From assembly GCF_042218505.1 (NCBI RefSeq), contig NZ_JBDGQZ010000003.1:19353-59352 (forward strand): DNA of 40,000 nt, written 5' to 3'. This stretch comes from Halobellus sp. GTDB lineage: Archaea > Halobacteriota > Halobacteria > Halobacteriales > Haloferacaceae. The translations under genes and the position numbers were made by a program. Position 1 is the first letter of the stretch. Every line of letters begins with the position of its first letter. The notes under the pieces were generated by a model that saw nothing but the letters and a program-made list of their open reading frames with translations, was not told where the DNA came from and made no database searches. Positions 8,930 through 16,997 of this stretch are shown here, piece by piece.

Positions 8930-9784
8930 TCACTCGCGCCCTGCGGCGTGCGAGTAGACGAACTCGCGACAGAGTTTGGCCGCAAGCGACGCCGCCTGCC
9001 CATCGTCGCGGTCGTTCACCTCGACGACGTCGAACCCCGCCGCGTTCGGAGCGACGGTCCGGACGACGCTGCAGAGCGCCCGGGGGTCGAGGCCGAAGGG
9101 CTCCGGCGTTCCGGTGCCGGGGGCGAAGCCGGGGTCTGCGGCGTCGATGTCGACACTCAGGTACGCCGTGCGGCCGTCGAGCCACGACCGAAGGTCGAAT
9201 TCGGCGACGTCCTCGGGTGCGACGACGGTCACGTCGGCGGCGTCAGCGCGGTCCCACTCCTCCGGGGACCCGGTCCGTGCACCGATAACGGCCGCCTCCT
9301 CGACGCCGGACGTCGAATCACCGCCGACCGGGTCCGTTGCATCGTCACTGTCGAGGATGCGCCGCGTGACCGTCGCGTGGCTGTATTCGTTCCCATCGAG
9401 GTCCCGTCGGAGATCCAGGTGGGCGTCGAGACAGACGAACACCTCCGGGGAGACGGCATCGACGGCAGCAGCTGAGACAGTGTGTTCGCCGCCCAAGACG
9501 AGGGGGACGGCGTCGTCGGCCACGACGTCTCGGAGTTCGCCCGCGAGCCACGCGAGGTACTCCGGGGCATCGTCCCACGCGCGGACGTCGCCGTGGTCGT
9601 GGACGGAACAGTCGGAGAAGTGCAGGTCGGTTCGCCGATCGTAGTCGTCGAACGGGCGGGCGAACCGCCGGATTCTCTCGGGACCGAAACGGGTCCCGGG
9701 TCGGAACGAGGTGGAGCGGTCCAGCGGGGCGCCCACAACGGCGTACGCGGCGTCCTCACGCGACGCAGTCGCCCCGGGGAACAT
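8930..9784 (-). CDS. speB: Agmatinase (ureohydrolase family)
   Basis: Mn-ligand motifs LGGEHT, CLDAHLDL and SVDIDAADPGFAPGTGTPEP are present. The gene starts 6 nt after the aIF5A stop, suggesting an operon. Confidence 0.92.
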   Translation of the reverse strand: MFPGATASREDAAYAVVGAPLDRSTSFRPGTRFGPERIRRFARPFDDYDRRTDLHFSDCSVHDHGDVRAWDDAPEYLAWLAGELRDVVADDAVPLVLGGEHTVSAAAVDAVSPEVFVCLDAHLDLRRDLDGNEYSHATVTRRILDSDDATDPVGGDSTSGVEEAAVIGARTGSPEEWDRADAADVTVVAPEDVAEFDLRSWLDGRTAYLSVDIDAADPGFAPGTGTPEPFGLDPRALCSVVRTVAPNAAGFDVVEVNDRDDGQAASLAAKLCREFVYSHAAGRE

Positions 9785-9790
9785 CTCCGA

Positions 9791-10165
9791 TCAGACGATC
9801 TTCCGCTGGCCTTCGTACTCGAGGTACTCGATCTCGTCGTCGGGGGAGAGTTCTTCCGTCTCGGGGATGCGCATCGTGAAGGTCTCGTAGGTCTCGAGGT
9901 CCATAATCTGAGCGTCTTCGCCGGTGACAGAGACGACCTGGCCCTGCTTGCGCTCGATGATCGGCACCCACACCTTCGCGTCGACCGGCTGGCTCAGCGA
10001 TCGCTTCCTGCCGTCGAAGACACCCCGTCCCTCGACGCGCGCTTTCGCGCTTCCGTGTTTTCCGGGCTTGGCTGTGCTGTAGGCGTTGATTTTGCACGGC
10101 GACTCCTCCATCATCACGTAACTGCCCTCTTGGAGTTCACGGACCTGCTTCTGCTCTTTCGGCAT
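9791..10165 (-). CDS. eif5a: Translation initiation factor 5A (aIF5A)
   Basis: 124 aa with the hypusination loop [13 protein letters not shown], followed by an OB-fold C-terminal half. Confidence 0.97.
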   Translation of the reverse strand: MPKEQKQVRELQEGSYVMMEESPCKINAYSTAKPGKHGSAKARVEGRGVFDGRKRSLSQPVDAKVWVPIIERKQGQVVSVTGEDAQIMDLETYETFTMRIPETEELSPDDEIEYLEYEGQRKIV

Positions 10166-10185
10166 ACCTCGGGATTGTTGTGTGG

Positions 10186-10210
10186 CCGGTATAAACGGTT
10201 TGGATACCGG
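10186..10210. promoter_or_regulatory. Inverted repeat CCGGTAT-N11-ATACCGG enclosing the aIF5A TATA box
   Basis: 7-bp arms at 10186-10192 and 10204-10210. The spacer contains AAAC-G-GTTT, which reads as the TTTATA box on the minus strand about 30 nt upstream of the aIF5A ATG. Confidence 0.25.
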
Positions 10211-10267
10211 TCGGACACGTGACGCGCCCGAATCGGGGCCACTCGACGGTGGCGTCTCGACCGCCGA

Positions 10268-10702
10268 CTACGCCTCCTCAACGTCGCTGCTCGACGTCCG
10301 GGACGACCGGTCCTCGCGGTTCGACCGATCGTCCTGACGGCGTGCGTGGCTGCCAACTGCGCCGGCGACGACGTTCGGGAGGCTCGCACACAAAAGAATG
10401 ATCACTGTGGCCTCGCCCGCGGTTTCGAGATACGGGAGAAGGAACTCCATCGGGAACGGTAGCGGTGCATCGGTGAGAACCGAGAGCACGACCAATCCGG
10501 GGATCAACACGATCCCCCACGCCATCGCCGTGAGCAGGCCGTACCACGCGCCGTCGGCAGGCTCACCGCCGGCGAGATAGCCGGCCAATGCGCTCCCCGC
10601 GAGCCCCCCGACCAGCGTGACGCGACCAGTCCACACGAACACGAGCGCCTCGCTGCAGACTGCGAGGACGAAACCCGCAACGACGGCGCGCCAGCGAGTC
10701 AT
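10268..10702 (-). CDS. Gly/Ala-rich polytopic membrane protein, hypothetical
   Basis: It has four hydrophobic segments and a charged C-terminal tail. I chose the ATG at 10702 (MTRWRAVVAG..) because GTTTTATTCA lies 25-31 nt upstream. The 14 extra codons in the track ORF have AT-rich third positions. Confidence 0.6.
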   Translation of the reverse strand: MTRWRAVVAGFVLAVCSEALVFVWTGRVTLVGGLAGSALAGYLAGGEPADGAWYGLLTAMAWGIVLIPGLVVLSVLTDAPLPFPMEFLLPYLETAGEATVIILLCASLPNVVAGAVGSHARRQDDRSNREDRSSRTSSSDVEEA

Positions 10703-10785
10703 ACGCACCCGTTCTGCGGCTCTTTGAATAAAACTACGTGTCAAGCGATCAACTGTGATAACTAGAGCCGGGGCCGAATGCGGGG

Positions 10786-12468
10786 TTACTCCCGGCCCTC
10801 GCGACGCTCACGCATACTCTGCCGGGTGAACTGCGGCTTCGCGCGGATCCCGCGCTGTCGGCGGAACGACCGGTACAGCGCTATGAGCGGCGGGAGGGTC
10901 AGCGCAGCGGCGATGGCGGCCGGGATGACGGTCGCTCCCTCGAACGCGTAGAGAATCGACGTCGAGAGCGCACCGACGGCGACGAACAGGCCGTAGACGA
11001 TGCGCTGGGCGAGTTGCGAGAGCACGTCGTTCTCGTCTTCGAGCCGGACGTTGACGGTGAGGTTCTCGTTTTCTACCCGGTCGAGCGCGCTGTCCAGTTT
11101 CGGCGGTACCTGGAAGAGCGCCCGCGTGGTCTCCTGAAGTTGTTCGCTGCCGCGTTCGATGAACTCGCGGGCGGTCTCCTCGTAGTATCCCTCGTCCTGG
11201 AGGTAGTCCGTCGCAACCGAGATGAAGTCGAACTCGGAGTCCAGCGTGACACAGACGCCCTCGACGACCGTCGCGACTCGCAGGACCAGCGCGAGATTTC
11301 GCGGGAGCCGAAGCGGGAACTCGTAGATCGTCGATTCGACCTGTTCGATGATCTGCTGGACGCGGTACTGTTCGATGTCCTCGCCGCGGGCGTCCGCGAT
11401 GGCCAGTTCCATCACGTCGCCCATCACCTGCCGGTCGGCTTCCGGCGAGAGCGTCCCCATCTCGATCAGCGTGTCGAGAATCGCATCGATGTTCTGGTTC
11501 GCGACCGCGACGTAGAAGTCGATGATCCGGTCCTGAATGAACGGATCGACCGTCCCCGACATCCCGAAGTCGTAGAAGATGATCCGCCCGTCGTCGTCGA
11601 CGGCCAGATTTCCGGGGTGGGGATCGGCGTGAAACACGCCGTCGTCGATGATCATCTGCAGGTAGACCCGCTGCAGCGTCGTCGCCAACTCGGTGCGGTC
11701 GATACCCTTGCGGTCCAGTTCCTCGAGATCGTTGATCTTCGTTCCCGGGAGGTACTCCATCGTGAGCACCCGGGGTCCCGAGCGCTCGTCGATCGGGGCG
11801 GGGATCCGGATCTCGCGGTTGTCGGCGAAGTTGTCACGAATCTCGGCCAGGATCCGCTTCTCTCGGGTGTAGTTCATCTCCTGGCGGATCGTCTTCGCGA
11901 ACTCATCGGCGAGGTTCTCCAAGGAGAACGCACGCCCCTCCCCAATGAACCGGCGGACAATCGGCAGCGACCACCGGATCACCCGCAAGTCGGCCTCGAC
12001 CAGGTCCTCGATTCCGGGCCGGCGGGTCTTGACGGCGACGGGGTCGCCATCGTGTTCGGCGGTGTACACCTGGCCGAGGCTCGCACCGCTGATGGGGTCG
12101 CGGTCGAAGTCGTCGAAGGCCTCGTCGACGGGGCCGAGTTCGTCTTCGATGACTGTCTTCGACTCCTCCCAGGGAGCCGGTGGCACGTTGTCCTGAAGAC
12201 TCGAGAGGACGTCGATGTACTCCGCCGGGAGGATGTCCGGCCGGGTCGAGAGCAGTTGCCCGAGTTTGATGAACGTCGGACCCAGGGTCAAAAGCGAGTC
12301 GAGGAGGATTTCCGCCCGACGGGATCTGGTTGCCGGATCGACCTGTCGGCTCCCGCCGAAGAGAAGGTACGTTCGACGGTCACGGCTGTAGGCGACGATC
12401 AACGGGAAGAACTGTCGAACGACGACGAAAAACCGCCAGTACGCACGGAGATTCACTAGCGTGACCAC
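10786..12468 (-). CDS. ABC1/UbiB (AarF) family atypical kinase with C-terminal transmembrane helices
   Basis: Motifs GPTFIKLGQLLSTRPDILP, ASLGQVY and FHADPHPGNL are present. There is no in-frame ATG after the upstream Hsp20 stop, so a GTG start at 12468 or 12456 is inferred. The upstream part of the track ORF is Arg-rich and overlaps hsp20. Confidence 0.88.
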   Translation of the reverse strand: MVTLVNLRAYWRFFVVVRQFFPLIVAYSRDRRTYLLFGGSRQVDPATRSRRAEILLDSLLTLGPTFIKLGQLLSTRPDILPAEYIDVLSSLQDNVPPAPWEESKTVIEDELGPVDEAFDDFDRDPISGASLGQVYTAEHDGDPVAVKTRRPGIEDLVEADLRVIRWSLPIVRRFIGEGRAFSLENLADEFAKTIRQEMNYTREKRILAEIRDNFADNREIRIPAPIDERSGPRVLTMEYLPGTKINDLEELDRKGIDRTELATTLQRVYLQMIIDDGVFHADPHPGNLAVDDDGRIIFYDFGMSGTVDPFIQDRIIDFYVAVANQNIDAILDTLIEMGTLSPEADRQVMGDVMELAIADARGEDIEQYRVQQIIEQVESTIYEFPLRLPRNLALVLRVATVVEGVCVTLDSEFDFISVATDYLQDEGYYEETAREFIERGSEQLQETTRALFQVPPKLDSALDRVENENLTVNVRLEDENDVLSQLAQRIVYGLFVAVGALSTSILYAFEGATVIPAAIAAALTLPPLIALYRSFRRQRGIRAKPQFTRQSMRERREGRE

Positions 12469-12475
12469 CCGGCGG

Positions 12476-12844
12476 TTACGCGTCGTCCCCAGCCGACGTG
12501 ATCGGAATCGTCTGCTCCGGTGTGGCGTCGCGCTTCGGCACGCGAACAGTGAAGACCCCGCTATCGGCCTCAGCCGACGCGCCCGCACCCGTCGCGTCCG
12601 GGGGAAGCGGCAGTTCGGCGTCGACGAACAGCGGCCGGTCCTCGCTGACGTAGCGGAACTCCGGCGGCACTGCCTTCTCGCGACGGGCCTCGACGATGAG
12701 TCGCCCGCGCTCAACGCGGAGTTCAGCAGTATCGGCCGTCACGCCAGGAAGATCGAGCACGATCAGATAGGCGTCGTCGGACTCCAGCAGGTCGGCGAAC
12801 ACCGACTCCGGAAGCTCCTGTAGCGCGTCCCGCAGTGCTGTCAT
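12476..12844 (-). CDS. Hsp20/alpha-crystallin family small heat-shock protein
   Basis: Starts at MTALRDALQEL (ATG 12844). The alpha-crystallin-like core is YLIVLDLPGVTADTAELRVERGRLIVEARRE..GVFTVRVPKRD. Its stop is 7 nt before the ABC1 kinase start. Confidence 0.78.
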   Translation of the reverse strand: MTALRDALQELPESVFADLLESDDAYLIVLDLPGVTADTAELRVERGRLIVEARREKAVPPEFRYVSEDRPLFVDAELPLPPDATGAGASAEADSGVFTVRVPKRDATPEQTIPITSAGDDA

Positions 12845-13033
12845 ACTCGCAACTTGGAGCGGCGGATCGAAAAAGGCCGCGGTTGTCGTCGACAACGCAG
12901 CCACAAGGGCTATGTGACAGTACAAGCCCCCTCGCTTGACGAATCGGTCTGCCCGCTGGGACGAGACTGAGCGACCTGCGTTGGCGCCGTTCGTGCCGCG
13001 GCTCTTTTTGTACTCGCGCGCGCATCATACAGT

Positions 13034-14317
13034 ATGACTTCCCCCGATACTGACGAGTCGCCCCCCGATCGCAAATCGGCGGGGTTCAAAGATCGCACGA
13101 GGCTGGCCGCCGCGCGGGAGCGGTTGCTCTCGGCAGTGACGCCACACGAGCGGACCGAACGGCTGTCGCTCGTCCCCGCGGACCGTCGTGCGCTCGCCGA
13201 GACAGTCACCTCGCCGACCGCAGTGCCGGACTACGAACGGGCGGCGATGGACGGCTGGGCAGTCCGCGCCCGCGACACCTTCGGTTCGTCGGACCGCTCG
13301 CCCGGGCTCCTCAGGGTCGCCGACGGCGAGCCACAGACGTCACCCGAGACGGCTGTCGGCCCCGACTCGGCCGTCCGTGTCCATACCGGGAGCGAACTCC
13401 CGGAGGGTGCCGACGCGGTCGTGATGATCGAACACGCCGACCAGGTCGGCAGCGACCTCGAGGTGTTCGATGCGGTGACCGAAGGCGAGAACGTCGCGCC
13501 CGTCGGTGAGGACGTGTCCGAGGGCCAGCAACTCTTCGAACCGGGCCACCGCCTCCGACCCTCTGATCTGGGGCTGCTGAAGTCCGTCGGCATCGACCGT
13601 GTGACAACCTACGAGCGACCGACGGTCGGGGTCATTCCGACCGGCGAGGAACTCGTGCAGGAAGATCCGGGCCCGGGCGAAGTGATCGAGACCAACGGGC
13701 TCACCGTCTCGAAACTGGTCGAACGCTGGGGCGGACTCCCGACGTACCGAAACGTCGTCACCGACGACGAGGCCGCGCTGCGGGCGGCGATCCAGCGCGA
13801 TCTGACCAAAGACGTCGTCGTGACCACTGGCGGCTCCTCGGTCGGCGAGCGGGATCTCATCCCCGAGGTGGTCGACGAACTCGGCGAGGTGCTGGTTCAC
13901 GGCGTCGCGCTCAAGCCCGGCCACCCCGTCGCGCTCGGCGTCGTTGAGGAGACGCCCGTCGTGATGCTCCCGGGCTACCCCGTCGCGGCGATTATCAACG
14001 CCGTGCAGTTCCTCCGTCCGGTTCTGAAGCACGTCGGGCATCTCCCGGACGACGCGCCGCCGACCACCGAGGCCGTCCTGTCGCGGAAGATCCCGAGCGA
14101 GCCCGGAGTGCGGACGTTCGCCCGCGTGAAACTCGGTGACGACGACGTCGACGAGACCGACGACGATCGCGAGACGGCGACGCCGACCCGTGCGTCCGGC
14201 TCGGGCGTCCTCTCCTCGGTCGCCCTCGCTGACGGCTGGGTCGCGGTCCCCGAAGAGCGCGAGGGCTTCGACGGCGGCGAGACGGTCTCCGTCGAGCACT
14301 GGGAGTGGTCGGCGTGA
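13034..14317 (+). CDS. moeA: Molybdopterin molybdenumtransferase MoeA (paralog 1)
   Basis: 427 aa with ..YERAAMDGWAVRARDTFG.., the GEELV segment and the TTGGSSVGERD motif of MoeA/gephyrin E-domain proteins. A TTTTTGTAC box lies about 28 nt upstream of the ATG. Confidence 0.92.
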   Translation: MTSPDTDESPPDRKSAGFKDRTRLAAARERLLSAVTPHERTERLSLVPADRRALAETVTSPTAVPDYERAAMDGWAVRARDTFGSSDRSPGLLRVADGEPQTSPETAVGPDSAVRVHTGSELPEGADAVVMIEHADQVGSDLEVFDAVTEGENVAPVGEDVSEGQQLFEPGHRLRPSDLGLLKSVGIDRVTTYERPTVGVIPTGEELVQEDPGPGEVIETNGLTVSKLVERWGGLPTYRNVVTDDEAALRAAIQRDLTKDVVVTTGGSSVGERDLIPEVVDELGEVLVHGVALKPGHPVALGVVEETPVVMLPGYPVAAIINAVQFLRPVLKHVGHLPDDAPPTTEAVLSRKIPSEPGVRTFARVKLGDDDVDETDDDRETATPTRASGSGVLSSVALADGWVAVPEEREGFDGGETVSVEHWEWSA

Positions 14318-16215
14318 GCGACCGCAAGCAGTTCCGCGACCTCGTCGATCCAGCGGTCGCTCACGACGCCATCGACGGACTGGATCTCGCGCCCGACCCA
14401 GAGACTGTCCCGCTTGCAGACGCTCGCGGGCGCGTCCTCGCAGAGCGGGTCGATGCGGACCTCGACGTCCCCGGATTCGATCGCGCGTCGGTGGACGGAT
14501 ACGCCGTTCGCGGACGAGACACCTTCGGGGCCGACGAGGCGGACCCCACCACGCTGGCTCTGATCGGCGACGTGCACGCGGGCGTCGAACCCGATGTCGT
14601 CGTCGGCGACGGCGAGGCCGCAGAGATCTCGACCGGCGCGGTGATGCCCGACGGTGCGGACGCGGTCGTGATGGTCGAGCGAACCGAAACCGTCGGCGAC
14701 AGCGGCGATCGCCCCGACGGGGTCGCCGTCCGTACCGCCGTCGCACCCGGAGACAACGTGATGCTTGCCGGCAGCGACATCGCCGCTGGCTCGCGGGCGC
14801 TCGGTCCGGGGACGCGGCTCACTGCCCGCGATATCGGCCTCCTCTCGGCGCTTGGCCGCGACGCGGTCCCGGTTCGTGGCCAGCCGACGGTCGGCATCGT
14901 CTCGACAGGTGACGAACTGGTCCGCCCCGGTGGGGAACTCGAAAGCGCGCGCGGGCAGATCTACGACGTCAACAGTTACACCATCGCCGCGGGCGTCGAG
15001 GAAGCAGGCGGCGAAGCACGACTCTACCCCCACGCCGGCGACGACTACGACGAGATGGAGCGCCTGCTGCTCGAAGCCGCCGCGGAGTGCGATCTGGTCC
15101 TCTCATCGGGGTCGACGTCGGCCTCGGCAGTCGACGTGATCTATCGCGTCGTCGAAGAGCGCGGCGAACTCCTGCTGCACGGCGTCGCGGTCAAGCCCGG
15201 AAAGCCGATGCTGATCGGCGAACTCGGCGACAGCGCGTACGTCGGCCTGCCGGGCTACCCGGTTTCGGCGCTCACCATTTTCCGGACGTTCGTGGCGCCG
15301 GCGATCCGCGATGCTGCGGGTCTCCCCGAGCCACAGACTGCGACCGTGACCGGACGGATGGCCGTCCGGGAACGCTACAGCGAAGGCCGGTTGCGTCTGA
15401 TGCCGGCGGGCCTCGTCACTGGCGCTGACGGCGAGACGCTCGTCTATCCGGTCGACAAAGGCTCGGGCGCGACGACCTCCCTCGTCGAAGCCGACGGGGT
15501 CGTCGCGGTCGATCCCGACACCGAGTACCTCGATGCGGGCGAGGAGGTCGAGGTCCGGTTGTTCTCCCCGGACGTCCGCGCGCCGACGCTGCTCGCCGCC
15601 GGCGAGGACGATCCTGCGCTCTCGCGGTTGTTGGACCGACTCGAACGACCGCGGTTCCTTCCGGTTGGAAGCCGTGAGGGGCTCCGCCGCCTCTCGAACG
15701 CGGTCCCGGACGTGGCGATCGTCGCGGGAGCGGTCGAACGCGACGTTGATAGCGTCGAGATCGGCCGCTGGGAGCGCGAGTGGGGGCTCGTCGTTCCCGA
15801 GGGCAACCCCGCGGGGATCGACGGCCTCGTCGGTCTCGTCGACCGCGACCTCGCGTTCGTCAACCGCGGCCGCGACGCGGGGTTGCGGGGGACGCTCGAC
15901 ACCGCGCTCTCGGCGGTCGCCACAGACCGAGGTGTCGAACGGCGGGAGCTCGTCGAATCGATCCGCGGCTACGAGATCGGCACAAAAGGGTTCGAGAGTC
16001 CGGCTCGGACGGTCGCTCGCGGCGACGCCGACGCGGGGATCGGACTTCGGGTCACGGCTGAGGCGCTGGGGCTCGGGTTCGTCTCGCAAGGCACTGAGTC
16101 GGTGCGCGTGCTGGCGAATCCGGAGCGGACAGACAAGGCGGGCGTCGAAGAACTGCGGGACCTGATAGCGGAGACGGACGTGTTCGAGTCGCTGGCGGGC
16201 TACGAGCAGGCGTAA
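14305..16215 (+). CDS. moeA: MoeA paralog 2 fused to a C-terminal PBP-like (molybdate/tungstate-binding-type) domain
   Basis: The N-terminal roughly 410 aa are MoeA-like (FDRASVDGYAVRGRDTFG, SSGSTSASAVD). The C-terminal roughly 220 aa have periplasmic-binding-protein character (..GLVVPEGNPAGIDGLVGLVDRDLAFVNRGRDAGLR..). The start is GTG at 14305 or GTG at 14314; the latter gives a GTGA overlap with the paralog 1 stop. Confidence 0.9.
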   Translation: MVGVSDRKQFRDLVDPAVAHDAIDGLDLAPDPETVPLADARGRVLAERVDADLDVPGFDRASVDGYAVRGRDTFGADEADPTTLALIGDVHAGVEPDVVVGDGEAAEISTGAVMPDGADAVVMVERTETVGDSGDRPDGVAVRTAVAPGDNVMLAGSDIAAGSRALGPGTRLTARDIGLLSALGRDAVPVRGQPTVGIVSTGDELVRPGGELESARGQIYDVNSYTIAAGVEEAGGEARLYPHAGDDYDEMERLLLEAAAECDLVLSSGSTSASAVDVIYRVVEERGELLLHGVAVKPGKPMLIGELGDSAYVGLPGYPVSALTIFRTFVAPAIRDAAGLPEPQTATVTGRMAVRERYSEGRLRLMPAGLVTGADGETLVYPVDKGSGATTSLVEADGVVAVDPDTEYLDAGEEVEVRLFSPDVRAPTLLAAGEDDPALSRLLDRLERPRFLPVGSREGLRRLSNAVPDVAIVAGAVERDVDSVEIGRWEREWGLVVPEGNPAGIDGLVGLVDRDLAFVNRGRDAGLRGTLDTALSAVATDRGVERRELVESIRGYEIGTKGFESPARTVARGDADAGIGLRVTAEALGLGFVSQGTESVRVLANPERTDKAGVEELRDLIAETDVFESLAGYEQA

Positions 16216-16229
16216 TCGCCGATCGGTCG

Positions 16230-16967
16230 TCAGTCGCGAACAGTGCCGCCGTCGGCGGCGACGTCGCGGTCGAACGGGTCACCGGGGAGCGACAGTTCCA
16301 CGAACGACGAGACGCGGTAGTCGGCGAGGACGCACCGGCCCCGTCGCGTCGGCGAGTGGCGCTCGACGTGGATGCCATCGAGGCCGGCGTTCCAGGCCGC
16401 CCCGACGTCGCTCGCACCGTCGCCCGCGAGGACGCCGCGGCCCGGCCGGTCGGGATCGAGACCGAGCCCCTCGATTGCGCGTCGAACCGGCGTCGGGTCC
16501 GGCTTCCAGCCGGTCTCGTGGGTGCAAGAGACGAACGAGTCGAACCAGTCGCCGACGTCGAGGTGGTCGATCACCGGTTCGGCGAGGAACTCTTGGCAGT
16601 GCGTCACGACGCCCACCGGCCGGTCGGCGGAGACGAGTCCGGAGACCAGCGCTGCGGCGTCGTCGTGGAGATACGTCGCTTCCGCGCGGGCCCACGGATC
16701 CTCGAGGTCGTGAAACGCCGTCCAGAACGCGTCGGCGTCGATTCCCCATTCACGGAGTTGCGAGTCTCGTGCGCCCCCGAGGCCGTGCCAGATAATCTCG
16801 GCCTCGCGGTCGGTGAACTCCCGGCCAAGTCGGTCCCCAACTCGGTCGAACATCTCCCGAGTGTAGGACCACTCGACGTCGACGAGCGTCCCATCGAGGT
16901 CGAACAGCCAAAAGTCGTAGGCGGCGGTAGACTCGTCGGCAACCATCGAACCAGTAGTACGGGACAT
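16230..16967 (-). CDS. HAD-superfamily (subfamily IA) phosphatase, substrate unknown
   Basis: HAD motifs I (FDLDGTL), II (VVTHC), III (GWKPDP) and IV (GDGASDVGAAWNAG) are present. The start is ATG 16967 (MSRTTGS..) or ATG 16946 (MVADEST..). The longer track ORF to 17318 is Arg/Ser-rich and runs through the intergenic module. Confidence 0.85.
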   Translation of the reverse strand: MSRTTGSMVADESTAAYDFWLFDLDGTLVDVEWSYTREMFDRVGDRLGREFTDREAEIIWHGLGGARDSQLREWGIDADAFWTAFHDLEDPWARAEATYLHDDAAALVSGLVSADRPVGVVTHCQEFLAEPVIDHLDVGDWFDSFVSCTHETGWKPDPTPVRRAIEGLGLDPDRPGRGVLAGDGASDVGAAWNAGLDGIHVERHSPTRRGRCVLADYRVSSFVELSLPGDPFDRDVAADGGTVRD

Positions 16968-16997
16968 CTGGGTAAGTGGGTTTCGGCACCAGTGGGG

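Noticed and set aside
8850-9185. 5' extensions of track ORFs beyond the chosen starts. Affected genes: NIF3 (8850-9185), ABC1 kinase (12469-12714), HAD (16968-17318), cofH (29119-29367), cofG (32628-32762), cofC (33542-33619), NDUFA9-like (36651-36773), RaSEA (24937-25062), trkA (38409-38546), hsp20, PCD, purS, purC.
   Set aside because: The extensions are basic or low-complexity and have poor third-position GC. They overlap neighbouring genes or promoter boxes. The internal ATG (or GTG) gives the N-terminus typical of the family, often with a TATA-like box 25-30 nt upstream.
13340-14746. Long ORFs on the opposite strand or in alternative frames of real genes. Examples: 13340..14746 (-), 3361..4758 (+), 24913..26001 (-), 28966..30342 (-), 26183..27103 (+), 14136..14912 (+), 2568..3548 (-).
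   Set aside because: They are extremely Arg/Pro/Ser/Gly-rich and basic, and they overlap well-supported acidic genes carrying clear family motifs. This is the usual shadow-ORF artefact of a high-GC genome with few stop codons.
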